NCBI GenBank assembly: GCA_043228905.1
Contig: JBHGNT010000005.1
Coordinates: 11,470,001 to 11,534,000, forward strand
Direction of reading: 5' to 3'
Source of the DNA: Azolla caroliniana
Lineage: Eukaryota; Plantae; Polypodiophyta
DNA: 64,000 nt
Positions 12,532 through 24,234 of the stretch are shown here, piece after piece (position 1 is the stretch's first letter; every line of letters begins with the position of its first letter). Made by a program: the position numbers and the translations under genes. The notes under the pieces are model-generated. The model did not search any database. It was not told where the DNA came from and saw only the letters and a program-made list of their open reading frames with translations.

Positions 12532-13153
12532 AAGGAGAGGGAGAGCATGTGCGCGACACCGACTCTTATGCACAAGAAGCAAAGGGGTTGTGCTCTCGAA
12601 ACCACCAAACACACCAATATGCACAAACAAATATGAGTATGTATATTACAGGGGAAAGAATACAACCCCCCCTTCGAGCCGGACCAAGGTAGGGTATGTT
12701 ACAACGGTAGTTTGCTGCCAAGCCGCCGATCGGGGAGCTCTCAGGCTCGTCGCGCTAAGCGGGGTCTTGCACAGGAGGCCGGGCAGAAGCAAACCCAGAA
12801 CCGACACGAACTCTCCACACACACGACGAAGAAGACGACGAAGAAGAAAGGGAACTACCAAGAAGAAACCCTAGAAAGAAGCAAGAGTAAGAGAAACTGC
12901 CTAACCCTAAACTAACGGTATACCCTCTAACACAAAATGGGCAACCACTCTACAAGGGACCCTCCCTTCCTTTTATAGAAGAAGGAGAGGGATGCGTTAC
13001 AATGTGGGATAAATCCTGACTACATGGGATTCTCTGTCCCAACTTAACTCCTATTATTCACACGTTTTTTACAAGGGTAAGTGCACAGTGTGCACCCCGC
13101 CGCTTCTTTCGATATTCCCTGGTTTCGCACCATGGCCCGTAATCTTCACGACA
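12384..13153 (-). repeat. 5' LTR of element B
   Basis: Direct repeat of 2825-3583, with the PBS immediately inside. Confidence 0.9.
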
Positions 13154-14637
13154 ACGGTTGGGACGCGCGCACGCGTGGATGCATACATTGCGCGGTCGGG
13201 ACTTTTGTGCGCGGATGCATGTATGGTTTGGTTGCGACGCACGTACGGATTACGCACGGGCTAAACTTTATGGATGATTAGGTCATTTGGCTGAATTATA
13301 CGGACGATCGCATGCAACTAAAAGTAAAAGGCATGCAACTAAGAATGGAAACATGCAACTAAAAGTAGAGGCCATGCAACTAAAAGTGGACATGCAAAGT
13401 AACATTGGGAAGGAGTATCAAGAAAGAGCTCGATATATGTCCCATTTTTTCCCTCTAGTTTTTATTCTTTTCCTCTCTTCTTCTCTCTTCCATTCCTTGG
13501 GGAAGAATAATCTCTCATGTGCATATTGGACCACTCCTTACATGGTTGTCGGCTCCTTTCTATAAAAATTTTATCTCTAATTTTCATCTCCAACCCGTTG
13601 CTACAAGATTCTTGAATTATAAAAGAATATATTTTCTTATGCAGTAAACAAACGTTTTCACTCATCTACTCATCTTATATGTGAATTTTGCTTGTGTTGT
13701 ATGTGTTGCACTAAATCCTTCTAGTCTAGAACCCCGGCGGTTCCGCCTCACGATATGCACATAGTGACGGATTTTCACGACAACGGCTTCTCGAATGTAG
13801 CCGAGCATGTGATCATGAACACATGTCGCCATGAAATACATCACTTGAATTGCCGCTTACTCCCATGTTGAGTAGTCGGCTCGACGTCTTTTGGGTTGGG
13901 TCGATTTTCTTGTGCTCCTTTGATGTAGCTCCAATATCCTTGACCAACAAGGTATTGCTGCATTTTGTACTCCCATGATGTGAAATTGTTACGGTCCAAC
14001 TTCTCGCTAGGGAGAGCGCTCCCCATTTGAGTATTCATTGTGTTCAATGTGAAGAGAATAACGCGGAATATTGCACGGCCGCAACCGAGTGTTGAATCAC
14101 TTCAATAAGAATGAAACAAAGAAATGGGAAGTGGAGAGTACACCAACAAAAGAGAGGTACATTGGATGTTTACGTGGAAAACCCTAAATGGGAAAAACCA
14201 CGGGAGCCCACAGACTCCAATTATCACTATAGGATAAAGATACAATTAGAGCCTCAAGGGCAACGACCTTGAACTTTGTATCTTCACTAACTGGCGGTTA
14301 CAACAGAGTATCGCTTTGTATCTGTATCTCACTCACTCTCACTCTCTCTCTCTCTTTGTCGCTCTCTATACAACAATTACAACAATATGACAACAACATG
14401 GTCCACTACATAAAGTGATTGCCCTAAGTCATATTTATACTTATATGAACTTAGGGCTATTTACAAATATAGCCTCAATAGGCTCACTCAAAACATATTT
14501 ACAAATATGTTATCTCTTCCAGTTCTCACCGGGTCCATCCGATCCGGTTTCTGGATCTCTTCTGGTTCTCACCGGGTCGTCTTCATTCATAACTGGATCC
14601 CATCCAGAGGAACCGATTTCCCAACAATCTCCCCCTT

Positions 14638-17218
14638 CACTTCGGCATGGGCTGTCTTGCTAGCCCGATCCACTTTCGGCATGCGTCCAACTTGTTGCTT
14701 GTCAACACCTTGGTCAACATGTCCGACCCGTTCTCCTCCGTGTGGATCCCTATGTTTCATCCGAGAATGGTAGGACGTGTTCTTTGCAAGGTGGATGACA
14801 CTTTGACTATCACAATAGAGTCGATATTCCTCCTATCGGATCTCTAGCTCTCCGATGAAGTCCTTCATCCAGATTATCTCCTTGCCGACTTCTACATCTG
14901 GCATGTACTCCACCTCGGTGGTTGACAATGCAACTGTCTTCTGCAACCTCGAATGCCATGAAACGCTCCCCCTGCATAAGTCATGACATATCGGGATGTA
15001 GATTGGCTGGTATCCACATCAGCTGACATATTTGAATTCGTGAATCCGCCAAGTTGGGGATTACTAGAGCCGAACCAAAGGCACATACTCGAGGTGCCTT
15101 TCAGATACCGGAGTATCCACTTGACCGTGTTCCAATGCTCTCTTCCGGGGGTTTCTCATGAATCGGCTTACCACTCTGATTGCATATCCGATATTCGGTC
15201 GGGTACATACCATCGCATACATCAAGCTTCCGATGGCAGAGGCATATGGTATCTTCATCATATTCGTCTTCTCCACCTTTGTCCTCGGACTTTGTTTTCC
15301 GGATAGCTTGCAGTTTGCCAGAAGTGTCGATCCAGCTGGCTTCGCCTTCGACAAGTTGAACCGTTGAGGCATCTTTGTCACTTACTTCTCCTGTGACAAC
15401 CACAACAACTTCTTCTACCGGTCTTGGATTATGTGCATTCCCAATATCTGTCTTGCTAGACTCAAGTCTTTCATTCAGAAGGTCTGGTTCAAATCCTTCT
15501 TCAGCATCCGAACCTTGCCCTAGTCTCATCCGATGATAAGCATATCCACCACATATAGGAGGAGTATCAGGAAATCTCCTTCGCCAAATTTCTTCACAAA
15601 CATGCAGTGATCGGCCTGCGTCTTGTGGTACCCTTGGTCGGTCATGAAGGACTCTAACTTCCAGTACCATTGCCGGGGAGCTTACTTCAGTCCGTATAAG
15701 CTCTTCTTCAACTGGCACATTAGGTGCTCCTTCCGTTTCTTCTCAAATCCTTATGGTTGATGCATGTAGATCTCCTCTTTGAGGTCACCATGGAGGAATG
15801 CCGTCTTGATGTCTAGTTGCTCTACCTCGAGGTCCATGCTTGCCAATATCCCCAATACTATTCGCATGGATGTCTTCTTTACTACCTTAGCAACTCCGTC
15901 AGTTCATATCTGTGGTTCTCATGCAGGGAATCCATCTCATCCTGCATGGCACTCAACCACTTGCGGTTGTGGGTGTCTCTCTTTGCTTCTTCGAAGCTTT
16001 CCGGCTCCCCCTCATCGGTTAGCAACACATGCTCTGCATCCAGGGGGCTCTTCTCTCTTGGAGAGGATATCTCCATCCTTGGTTTCTAACTATCGGTTCC
16101 TCCGTTTGTTCCTCATCCGAATCCGATTCGGGATTTTGTCTGGTTCTGATGTCTTCTTCCTCTTCTTCTTCTTCTTTATTGGTTTGGTTTCTTGTCCGAA
16201 TCCGGCCGGTTCATCGAGTGTCATTCGATTATCGGCTATCATCCGGGTGAGTTCTTGTGTTCTCAAGCTGATTTTCATGAGATGATCCGGAGTTCATCAC
16301 CTTCTTCTCCGACTCCCAGTCGACAATGGTCTTGTCTTCCATGAAGACTATGTCCCGACTCTGGAACACCTTCTTGTTGACCAGATCCCAGACCCGGTAA
16401 CCGAACTCATCATCGTCGTATCCAAGGAATATGCATGGCCAAGACTTCGTGTCCAACTTTTCTCTCTTGTCCTTCACCACATGCACCTTTACATGCTGGT
16501 AGGATACGTCCTTACCAATCCATACTCTTTGCGGTGTGTCTTCGTCCAAGGGTACTGAGGGTGATCTGTTTATCACATAGGTTGCCTTCGTCAACGCCTC
16601 AACCCAAAATGTCTTGGGTAAGTTTGCATGTGCCAGCATGCTCCGGACTCTCTCCATTATGGTCTAGTTCATCTGTTCGGACAACCCGTTCAATTTCGGC
16701 ATCTTCGGCATGGTAAATTCGAGCCGGATTCCCTTCGACAGACAATACTCCTTGAACTGCCCCCAGTATTCTCCTTCGTTGTCTGCTCGAACAGCCTTCA
16801 GCTTCTGGCCAGTTTCTCTTTCCACTCTCGCGTGTAGTTCCTTGAAGATGGATAGCACATGATCCTTCGTCTTCAACGGTGTGACCCATAGCTTACGGTT
16901 GTGCTCATCTTTGAATGTCACGAAGTATTGCGATCTGGCATGTGACTTCGTGTCCACTTGACACACATCGGTATGCACCAACTCTAGTGGTGCATTCCAT
17001 CTCATCGGTGGTCTTGACCAGAAGGAGGTTCGGTTTTGTTTGCCGGTCAAGCAATTGGTGCACTTCTCAAGTTGCACGTCCTTCACCGGAATAAGATTGT
17101 CTTCGGCAAGCCTCTTCATCCCCTTCTCACTCATGTGACACAGTCTTTTGTGCCACAGTTCACCGGTAGTGTCGGATGCTATGTTCACTTCTTCCTGGCA
17201 TAACCGGGCATGCATCAG
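14638..17218 (-). pseudogene. Element D integrase, RT and RNase H (degenerate)
   Basis: WHKRLCH, LELVHTDV, VRADNEGEY, CIFLGY, YAMVCTRP motifs. Collinear with element H. Confidence 0.92.
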
Positions 17219-17670
17219 ACCAAATGATGTTGCAAAGATTCGTGCGTGCATGTGCTACTTGAGCGACCACCGGGGTCTTGGACTGGGGAGGATGTTCGCG
17301 GAATTATCAAAGAAATGATGATCAATGTAAGATTGGATGAAATTTGTTCCCTTGAGAAGAAGAAAGATTGTACACTTGAGAAGTAGAAAAATATGAAGAA
17401 GATAAAGATGAATATAATTATATTGATGATAGTGGTGTTGGTGATATCACATATTGAGCCCCCCCTTTACACAAGCTCCACTAGGGTTTTTATAGCTCTC
17501 TTCATGCAAAAAACCATGGGTTTAGAACCATGGTTTTGGGGACACGGTTTTGCTTATGACATGCACAATCCATGGGTTTAGAACCATGGTTTTGTGCACA
17601 TGGTTTTATATGGTTGTTTCTTCTATAATTCGTATATGAAAAGGAAATACATAAAATCTACACTATATGA

Positions 17671-17740
17671 TAGTTGTCCTAGTGGTAAGGCAAACATCTT
17701 GTATCTTAGAGGTGCAAGGTTCAAACCTTGCTTGCACCTC
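17671..17740 (+). other. tRNA-like Pol III promoter module in LTR of E
   Basis: A-box-like TGTCCTAGTGG and B-box GGTTCAAACC at tRNA spacing, with T-arm CAAGG/CCTTG. Confidence 0.6.
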
Positions 17741-18992
17741 TCTGTATGAACTCAAGTGTCATTAGGCCTTAGGCTTATTTGCTAAGTGCATGTGCAATGT
17801 TGCACATCCTTCCTTGGTTTATTTGTCTCACTTGGTTTCAGACCGTAGCCGAAAATCGTCACGACATCCACCCCCACCAAACCCGCACATCCTCCAGTAT
17901 GTGCCGAGAAAGGTGAAGAGGTGAGATCGTTGGCAACTGTCATCAACCGAGTTCCTCCGCACGCTCTTCTGACCTCGTTTTCCACTTCAAGTATGCCTAA
18001 TCTTTCCAACTGAACCATCGTAGCCACCCGATCCAACATTTCCGGCGCTCATACCTTCTTCCCCGGTCGGTTGTAGTAGATCTACCAAATGATGTTGTCG
18101 ATCCGACCACTCTTCCTTCGTCCACCATGCGTGTCTTTCGATTGGACTCCTGCCCACTCCTTGCGCTCACCATCTTCAACTGGGTGTTGTGGATCGTTCG
18201 TGTCAATCTTCGATTAGGCCGGGTTTGCCCTTGTCCAGATCGGTCTCCGCCGATCGCTTCTCGGCTCGGTTGGCCTTCATCTACATTCGCATTTCGCCGA
18301 GTCGGGCTCGACCAATTGATTCCGGCCGGATCGGCCCCCTTTTGGATCAGGATCGTCCGATCGATTTCCGCCAAATCAGGTTTCGGCCGGGTCGGCCCCG
18401 ATCGATCGGCTCCCATGTGGATCTTCCTTCGTTCGGGCCGGAATCCCGGCCGGATCGTCTTCCCGTTCGACCGATGCTCGACTCTTCCTTCCTTCCATCG
18501 AACTCAACCGCGACTTCATCCTTGTCCTCCCGGTCGGCCACATCCTTCCCTCTGTGTATGATCACCTCGAGCCATATTGTCTCCTCTCCGCCACCTCCTT
18601 TATCTTCGATCTTATGTCGACACACAATCTCGACTGCCGAAGTCTCCGGAACCGGTGTGAAAGAATCCCTTCGTTCATGCACATTTACCTTGTCTTCCTC
18701 ATCACCCTTCCGGTCCTTCGCTTTTCCGTCGACACATTCCATCTCTTCGGTCTCACGTTGGCGCACGTGCACAACCGTTGAAGTCTCTAGAATAGGTGTG
18801 GGGATATCCTTTCGTCCTCGATCTTCTTCCTCCTTGTGTTGGGCCTTCGTCTTCCCGTCACCACCTTCCGTCTCTCCGGTCTCACGTTGGCACACGGGCG
18901 CAACCGCCGAAGTCTCTGGAACAAGTGTGGAGAAAGTCTCGACATGGCTATCCGTCATCGACTCGTCCATAGCCAACTCCGACTCGATGCCG

Positions 18993-19475
18993 TGTTGTAG
19001 GTTTTAGGGTTAGGGTTAAGGACTATGATGATGATGAATGATAACTATGACGATTGGTAATGAAGATAGACATGGTGATGGAGAGAATGATGGTGAGAGA
19101 GATCATATAGAGAAGCATTGCGGGGTGGGGGGTAGTGCCTAGAATGGCTCCACCCCCCTTCCAAGGGGTTCAACGTTAAAGGGGAGAGAGAGAGATTAAG
19201 AGAGAAATGTTCATTCATGTTTCATTCATTCCCCATAAGGGGTTAAATAGTACAAGAGGGGGTAGATACATAGGGGTGTAAGCCCCCTCGAGCATTCATA
19301 CTAGACACTCACTCACACCTCCTTGTATCCATCCACATGCACACACGTGTGCATGTGTTCACATACGTATAGACTCACAACTACATTTATGGCCCCTACA
19401 CATACACAACATCATGATAACATTCGACCCTTGCTCATCACACTTGACTCTCTGTACATCTCGTATGGGGTAACA
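18993..19475. mobile_element. Probable solo LTR inserted in element E
   Basis: TGTTG...TAACA termini. It interrupts homology to the element I ORF. No TSD visible. Confidence 0.55.
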
Positions 19476-19646
19476 ACCTTCATGACCCAATGTTTCGTAC
19501 ACAATGCGTGTTCCGAAAAATTTATCCTCCCTCGAAGTGGCATTCTCCGTCCTCGAGTCATCGGCCTCGTCCTTGGCCGTCGTTTCTTTGTAAGACAAGA
19601 AGGTGACTTGTTTCACACCTTCTCTCTTGGTACCGTCATACCGAAC

Positions 19647-20440
19647 CTAAGCCTTTGTATCGTCCAGTTCATTAACCCGCATTTGTTGGGAGGTCTCTTC
19701 TTCCTCGATCACCATTCGCCTCGGTTTTGTCTCCCTTTTAAGCTTCATTTCTTTTGTTGGTGGCGCGTTGCTGCATCTCGTCCCTCTTCGATCGTGCCTC
19801 ATGGGCCATCTTGTTGTCATCGATATTCTTGCTCGCCCCTTATCGTGTAGTCGGCATACACTTTCCACTTTGCTCCAATCCTCGATGAGGCCATTTGCAC
19901 TGTCATCTTCTTTGAGTTTGAGGCCAATGGCCATCCTTTCCATTCGATCAATTGACTTCACGAACATAAGGACCTTATCGACCCCCACCAATCTTTGTTC
20001 CCACTCTGAGAGTTGAGAAAAACGATGCTCGAAGTCTACAAATGCTTGTGTCGCACCTTGGTGGGTCTTCGCCGATGTCACCCATTGGTCGAGGTTGTGT
20101 CGATCTCGTCCCTTCTGTCTCTCATAGCCATATTCCTCCAATAGAGCCTTCTCAAAAGACGCCCACAAATCATGAGCTTCTAGAAGTTGTTTTACATCTT
20201 TGAAGATCGGTTGAGACACCACCCGACAAAAGTACTCCAGCCTCATAGCTTCGTCCACACCTCTTGAATCCATCTCCGCATTGTAAAATTTTAGAAAAAT
20301 TTGGACTTTAGTGCCGTTGAAATAGCTCACTCGCTCAACTACCCTATCGATGGCTTGTTGGGCTTCATTTCATCTTTTCTCTTCTCTCAGAAACTCCATC
20401 ATCCTTTTTAACATTGCCTCCATGAGATATTCGCCATCCA
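19647..20440 (-). pseudogene. Element E gag N-terminal domain
   Basis: FNGTKVQIFLKFYNAEM...KVLMFVKSID...ANGLIEDW aligns with the Gag of C and I. Confidence 0.85.
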
Positions 20441-20928
20441 TCTTCGTCCTCCCCTGCTACTCTTCACGTCGGGTTCACCAAATGATGTCGCGAAGATTCG
20501 CGTGTGCATGTGCTACTTGAGCAACCACTGGGGTCTTGGATTGGGGAGGACGTTCGCGGAATTATCGAAGAGATGACGATCAATGTAAGATTGGATGAAA
20601 TTTGTTCACTTGAGAAGAAGAAAGATTGTACACTTGAGAAGTAGAAAAATATGAAGAAGATAAAGATGAATATAATTATATTGATGATAGTGGTATTGGT
20701 GATATCACATATTGAGCCCGCCCTTTACACAAGCTCCACTAGGGTTTTTATAGCTCTCTTCATGCAAAAAACCATGGGTTTAGAACCATGGTTTTGGGGA
20801 CACGGTTTTGCTTATGACATGCACAATCCATGGGTCTAGAACCATGGTTTTGTGCACATGGTTTTATATGGTTGTTTCTTCTATAATTCGTATATGAAAA
20901 GGAAATACATAAAATCTACACTATATGA

Positions 20929-20998
20929 TAGTTGTCCTAGTGGTAAGGCAAACATCTTGTATCTTAGAGGTGCAAGGTTCAAACGTTTCTTGCACCCC
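20929..20998 (+). other. tRNA-like module, second LTR of E
   Basis: Copy of 17671-17740. Confidence 0.55.
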
Positions 20999-21120
20999 TC
21001 TGTATGAACTCAAGTGCCATTAGGCCTTATGCCTATTTGCTAAGTGCATGTGTAATGTTGCACATCCTTGGTTTATTCGTCTCACTCGGTTTCACACTGT
21101 AGCCGAAAATCGTCATGACA

Positions 21121-22241
21121 ACGTGTTGATCTTCTAGGCTCGAGCCACAATCAAGCTTCCCTTGCTGAACTTCATGCCTCCGTTCCGGATGCTACCCGTG
21201 TAGCCTTCATCATCTAGCCGACCGGTTGATATCAGGTTCAGTTGAACCTCCGGAACGTGTCAGACATCCTTCAGTAGCAACTTGCATTTGGTTGATGTCG
21301 TCAACAACACATCTCCTATGCCAACAATTCGGCACGTACCTTCATTCCCCATCTAGACACAACCATGATCACCAGTTGTGTAGGATGAGAAGCACTTCCA
21401 ATGCGGTGTCAGGTGGAATGACTCTCCGGAATTGACGGTCCTTTCCGATCTGGGCCTCTCCGGTTCGAACCGTTTTGGTCCGAACTCTTCTTGGAATCGG
21501 TAGTCCCGGTTTTTTCTCTTTCCGGAAATGCCGACTGTTCTTCTGGAAGTGCCCCAACTTCCCACAATAGAAGCAAGTAGGGGTCCCCATTGACTTCGAC
21601 CTCGTCCCCAATTTGTCCCGGTTTTGGGGACTGCAATACCAGTCTCTTCCTAGGTTGTGGTCATCTTCTGTGACCAAGGCCTTCGGATCGGTTCCGCACT
21701 CCCGGTCCTTCTGGCGAGCTTCTTCATCTAGCAAGCTTGATTTTACCCTTGCTCGGGACAATGACAACCAACGTCTCCCAGCTATCTGGGAGGGAACCGA
21801 GCAGGAGGAATGCGAGTACCTCATTGCAAAGAGGTACTTCCAATGAGGTTGCCTGATGGATCTGTCCTTGGAAGGCATTCATGTGCTCCGCCATACTGGA
21901 GCCGTCCTGGTACCGGAGCCTCACTACCTTCCGGAATACCGAAACCCAATTAATAGCTTTTTTGTTCTGGAACATGATGCCGATCTTCTCCCAGAGTTCA
22001 TGAGCCTTGCTCTCTTCATTGAAGTTGTTGTACAGGCTCATGTCAATGAAGCACCGGAGGTATGCCATCATCTTCATGGGCATCACCTCCCACACTGTGG
22101 CGTCAATCTTATCCGTCTCTTGTCCCTGAATTGAACAGGCAACCAAAGATCTTTAACCACCAGCATATCCCTCATCTTCGACTTCCACACTGAGTAGTTG
22201 CAGCCGCTGAGCTTGAACATGCCAACGAACGATTCTTCCAT
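21121..22241 (-). pseudogene. Element D gag-protease (degenerate)
   Basis: NYSVWKSKMRD, LLGSLPDSWE and CFYCGKLGH motifs. Confidence 0.9.
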
Positions 22242-23063
22242 TTCCTGTGTTGTTCGCTCTGATACCAAATTGAAGAGAATATTGCTCGGCCACAACTGAG
22301 TGTTGAATCACTTCAATGAGAATGAAACACAGAAATGGGAAGTGGAGAGTACACCAACAAAAGAGAGGTACACAGGATGTTTACGTGGAAAACCCTAAAT
22401 GGGAAAAACCATGGGATCCCACGAACTCCAACTATCACTATAGGAGAAAGATACAATCAGAGCCTCAAGGGCAATGACCTTGAGCTCTGTATCTTCACCA
22501 ACCGGCGGTTACAACAGAGTATCGCTTTGTACTGTATCACACACACACACACACACACACACTCTCTCTCTCTCTCTCTCTCGCTCTCGCTCTCTATACA
22601 ATGGTTACAACAATATGACAACAACACGGTCCACTACATAAAGTGATTGCCCTAAGTCATATTTATACTTATATGAACTTAGGGCTATTTACAAATATAG
22701 CCTCAATAGGCTCACTCAAAACATATTTACAAATATGTCATCTCTTCCGGTTCTCACCAGGTCCATCCGATCCGGTTTCTAGATCTCTTCCCATTCTCAC
22801 CGGGTCGTCTTCATTCATAACCGGATCCCATCTGGAGGGACCAATTTCCCAACACAATGTAGATTTCTTCCTTCTTCTTCTTTTTTGAATACGAGCTATG
22901 TAGCCACACTATGATAGCGATGAGCCGGTTTTTGAACGTTAGCGTAGAGCACAACACACGCAGATGGGCTAGATCGAGCTACCAAACCGCTCTGATACCA
23001 TGTAAAGAATCCATGGTGATTCATGTGCAACGGAATAGGTAAGAGATGTGTGTTATGTTTGTA

Positions 23064-23094
<31 letters not shown>

Positions 23095-23408
23095 AGGAGA
23101 GGAGAGAAACACAAGATAGATAGACAATAGAAAATACTCAAGAAGATTGTATATTACAAAGGAGATTAACTGACATATTACAAAGTAGGAGGAGAGTGCC
23201 TTATATAGTCACACTCTCTCTTCATTAACTATCGAAGCTCAAGATTCATGGGGAATGTGAAAACTCATTAGTTATGTGTCATAGAATATGATTCTATGAC
23301 ACATAGTTAATGTGTAAAGAGTAGTGATGTGACTTCTGACCTTTGAGTGTTCATAGACTCTCAAGGGTGTGTTCACACACTAGGCTAGGTTGAGCTTGAT
23401 TCTCAACA

Positions 23409-23895
23409 ATGTTCACCTCTATATGTGAACATAGGGTAATGATGGGGTTGGATGGTTTGCACTGCCATCATCTTTATTTTCTTCACATTCACTACTAGTC
23501 TACCACTATGGCAAAATTCTTCTAATACCCCAAGTAAATGTTGCATAATATCAACATCATTGGAGAAGAGTACTACATCATTTGCATATAAAAGCAATAG
23601 GATAACATGCCGCACTAATTTGGGGGCATTCAATCCTCCTCTTGCAACCTTCTTCACGGTTTCTTCTAATTTATCAATACATATGCCAAATAGTGTGGCT
23701 GATAGTGAACATCCTTGCTTGACCCCCATGTTACTTAAAAAGTGCTATGAGAATCCACTCTCCATTTTTAGTTGGCAAATAACTTGTTCATACAAGCGTG
23801 CAACATCAATGCGGTACTCTAATGACATGTCAATATCTACCATTCTATTCCAAAGCTCACTTCGTAGTATGATATCAAACACATTCTTGAATAGT
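23409..23895 (-). mobile_element. LINE (non-LTR) reverse transcriptase fragment
   Basis: GVKQGCSLSATLF and LLYANDVVL correspond to the QG-LS and YADD motifs of LINE RT. Confidence 0.85.
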
Positions 23896-23902
23896 AGCAT
23901 GG

Positions 23903-24105
23903 TGCTGAGTGAACAAGGTCAACATGGGCCAAACCGGCTAGACAAGCCAAAAAGCCAGGTTGGATACGATCCGGCCGGCTAGGCCCACTTAGGTTGATAA
24001 GCCTAAATTCCTAATTGGGTTCTATACCGGATTGCTAGACCGACTAGAGAAGCCGAATGATGGATTAGATGTCGGATCCGGATGATAGAACGACTGAGTA
24101 AGCCA
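23903..24105 (+). repeat. Probable truncated Copia 5' LTR
   Basis: Begins TGCTGAGTGAACAAGGTCAAC, resembling LTR starts TGTTGAG....AAGCTCAAC of elements F, G and M. Confidence 0.5.
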
Positions 24106-24234
24106 AGCCAAAACTATGTGTCCTCTACCTCAACTAGTGTCCTCAATCCGGAGGACGTATGGTTTGTTGACTCCGGAGCCTCAAACCATATGACATCTCC
24201 TAAACAATGGTTTCTCAAACTTCGAGAGCCGGAG

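Larger units (their letters stand above)
2825..13153 (-). mobile_element. Element B: non-autonomous Gypsy (gag remnant only), host to element C
   Basis: Two ~760-bp direct repeats at 2825-3583 and 12384-13153. Trp-type PBS at 12363-12380 and PPT at 3584-3600 on the minus strand. ACGG on both flanks (2821-2824, 13154-13157). Confidence 0.9.
1857..13782 (+). mobile_element. 3' LTR of Gypsy element A (1857-2824 plus 13158-13782), split by insertion of element B
   Basis: Starts TGTCGTG directly after PPT GGTTTGGTGGGGGTGAA and ends ...TTCACGACA at 13782. The CG-rich repeat text resumes after 13157. Confidence 0.85.
17228..21120 (-). mobile_element. Element E: non-autonomous Gypsy (gag plus repeat ORF remnant)
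   Basis: LTRs 17228-17866 and 20486-21120, 18-nt Trp-type PBS at 20463-20480, PPT 17867-17884, Gag-like ORF 19647-20330. Confidence 0.93.
14050..22854 (-). mobile_element. Element D: degenerate full-length Ty1/Copia element, host to element E
   Basis: LTRs 14050-14626 and 22271-22854, TSD CAATG (14045-14049, 22855-22859), PBS-iMet 22256-22267, PPT 14627-14640. Confidence 0.95.
13783..23408 (-). mobile_element. Element F: 5' part of a Ty1/Copia element (LTR 23001-23408, PBS, leader, gag start), split by element D
   Basis: On the minus strand LTR TGTTGAG...TTTACA, then PBS TGGTATCAGAGC (22989-23000). Gag ORF 13841-14047 (EKLDRNNFTSWEYKM) is homologous to the gag at 30814. Confidence 0.85.

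Noticed and set aside
17393-17581. Duplicated small hydrophobic peptide ORF (also 20651-20839)
   Set aside because: Antisense translation of AT-rich LTR sequence. The duplication is explained by the paired LTRs.
19001-19021. Interstitial telomere (TTTAGGG TTAGGG TTAAGG)
   Set aside because: Only three imperfect units at an LTR start.
22538-22598. (CA)n(CT)n microsatellite, and (GA)n tracts at 2942, 12502 and 23065
   Set aside because: Ordinary LTR-associated microsatellites.
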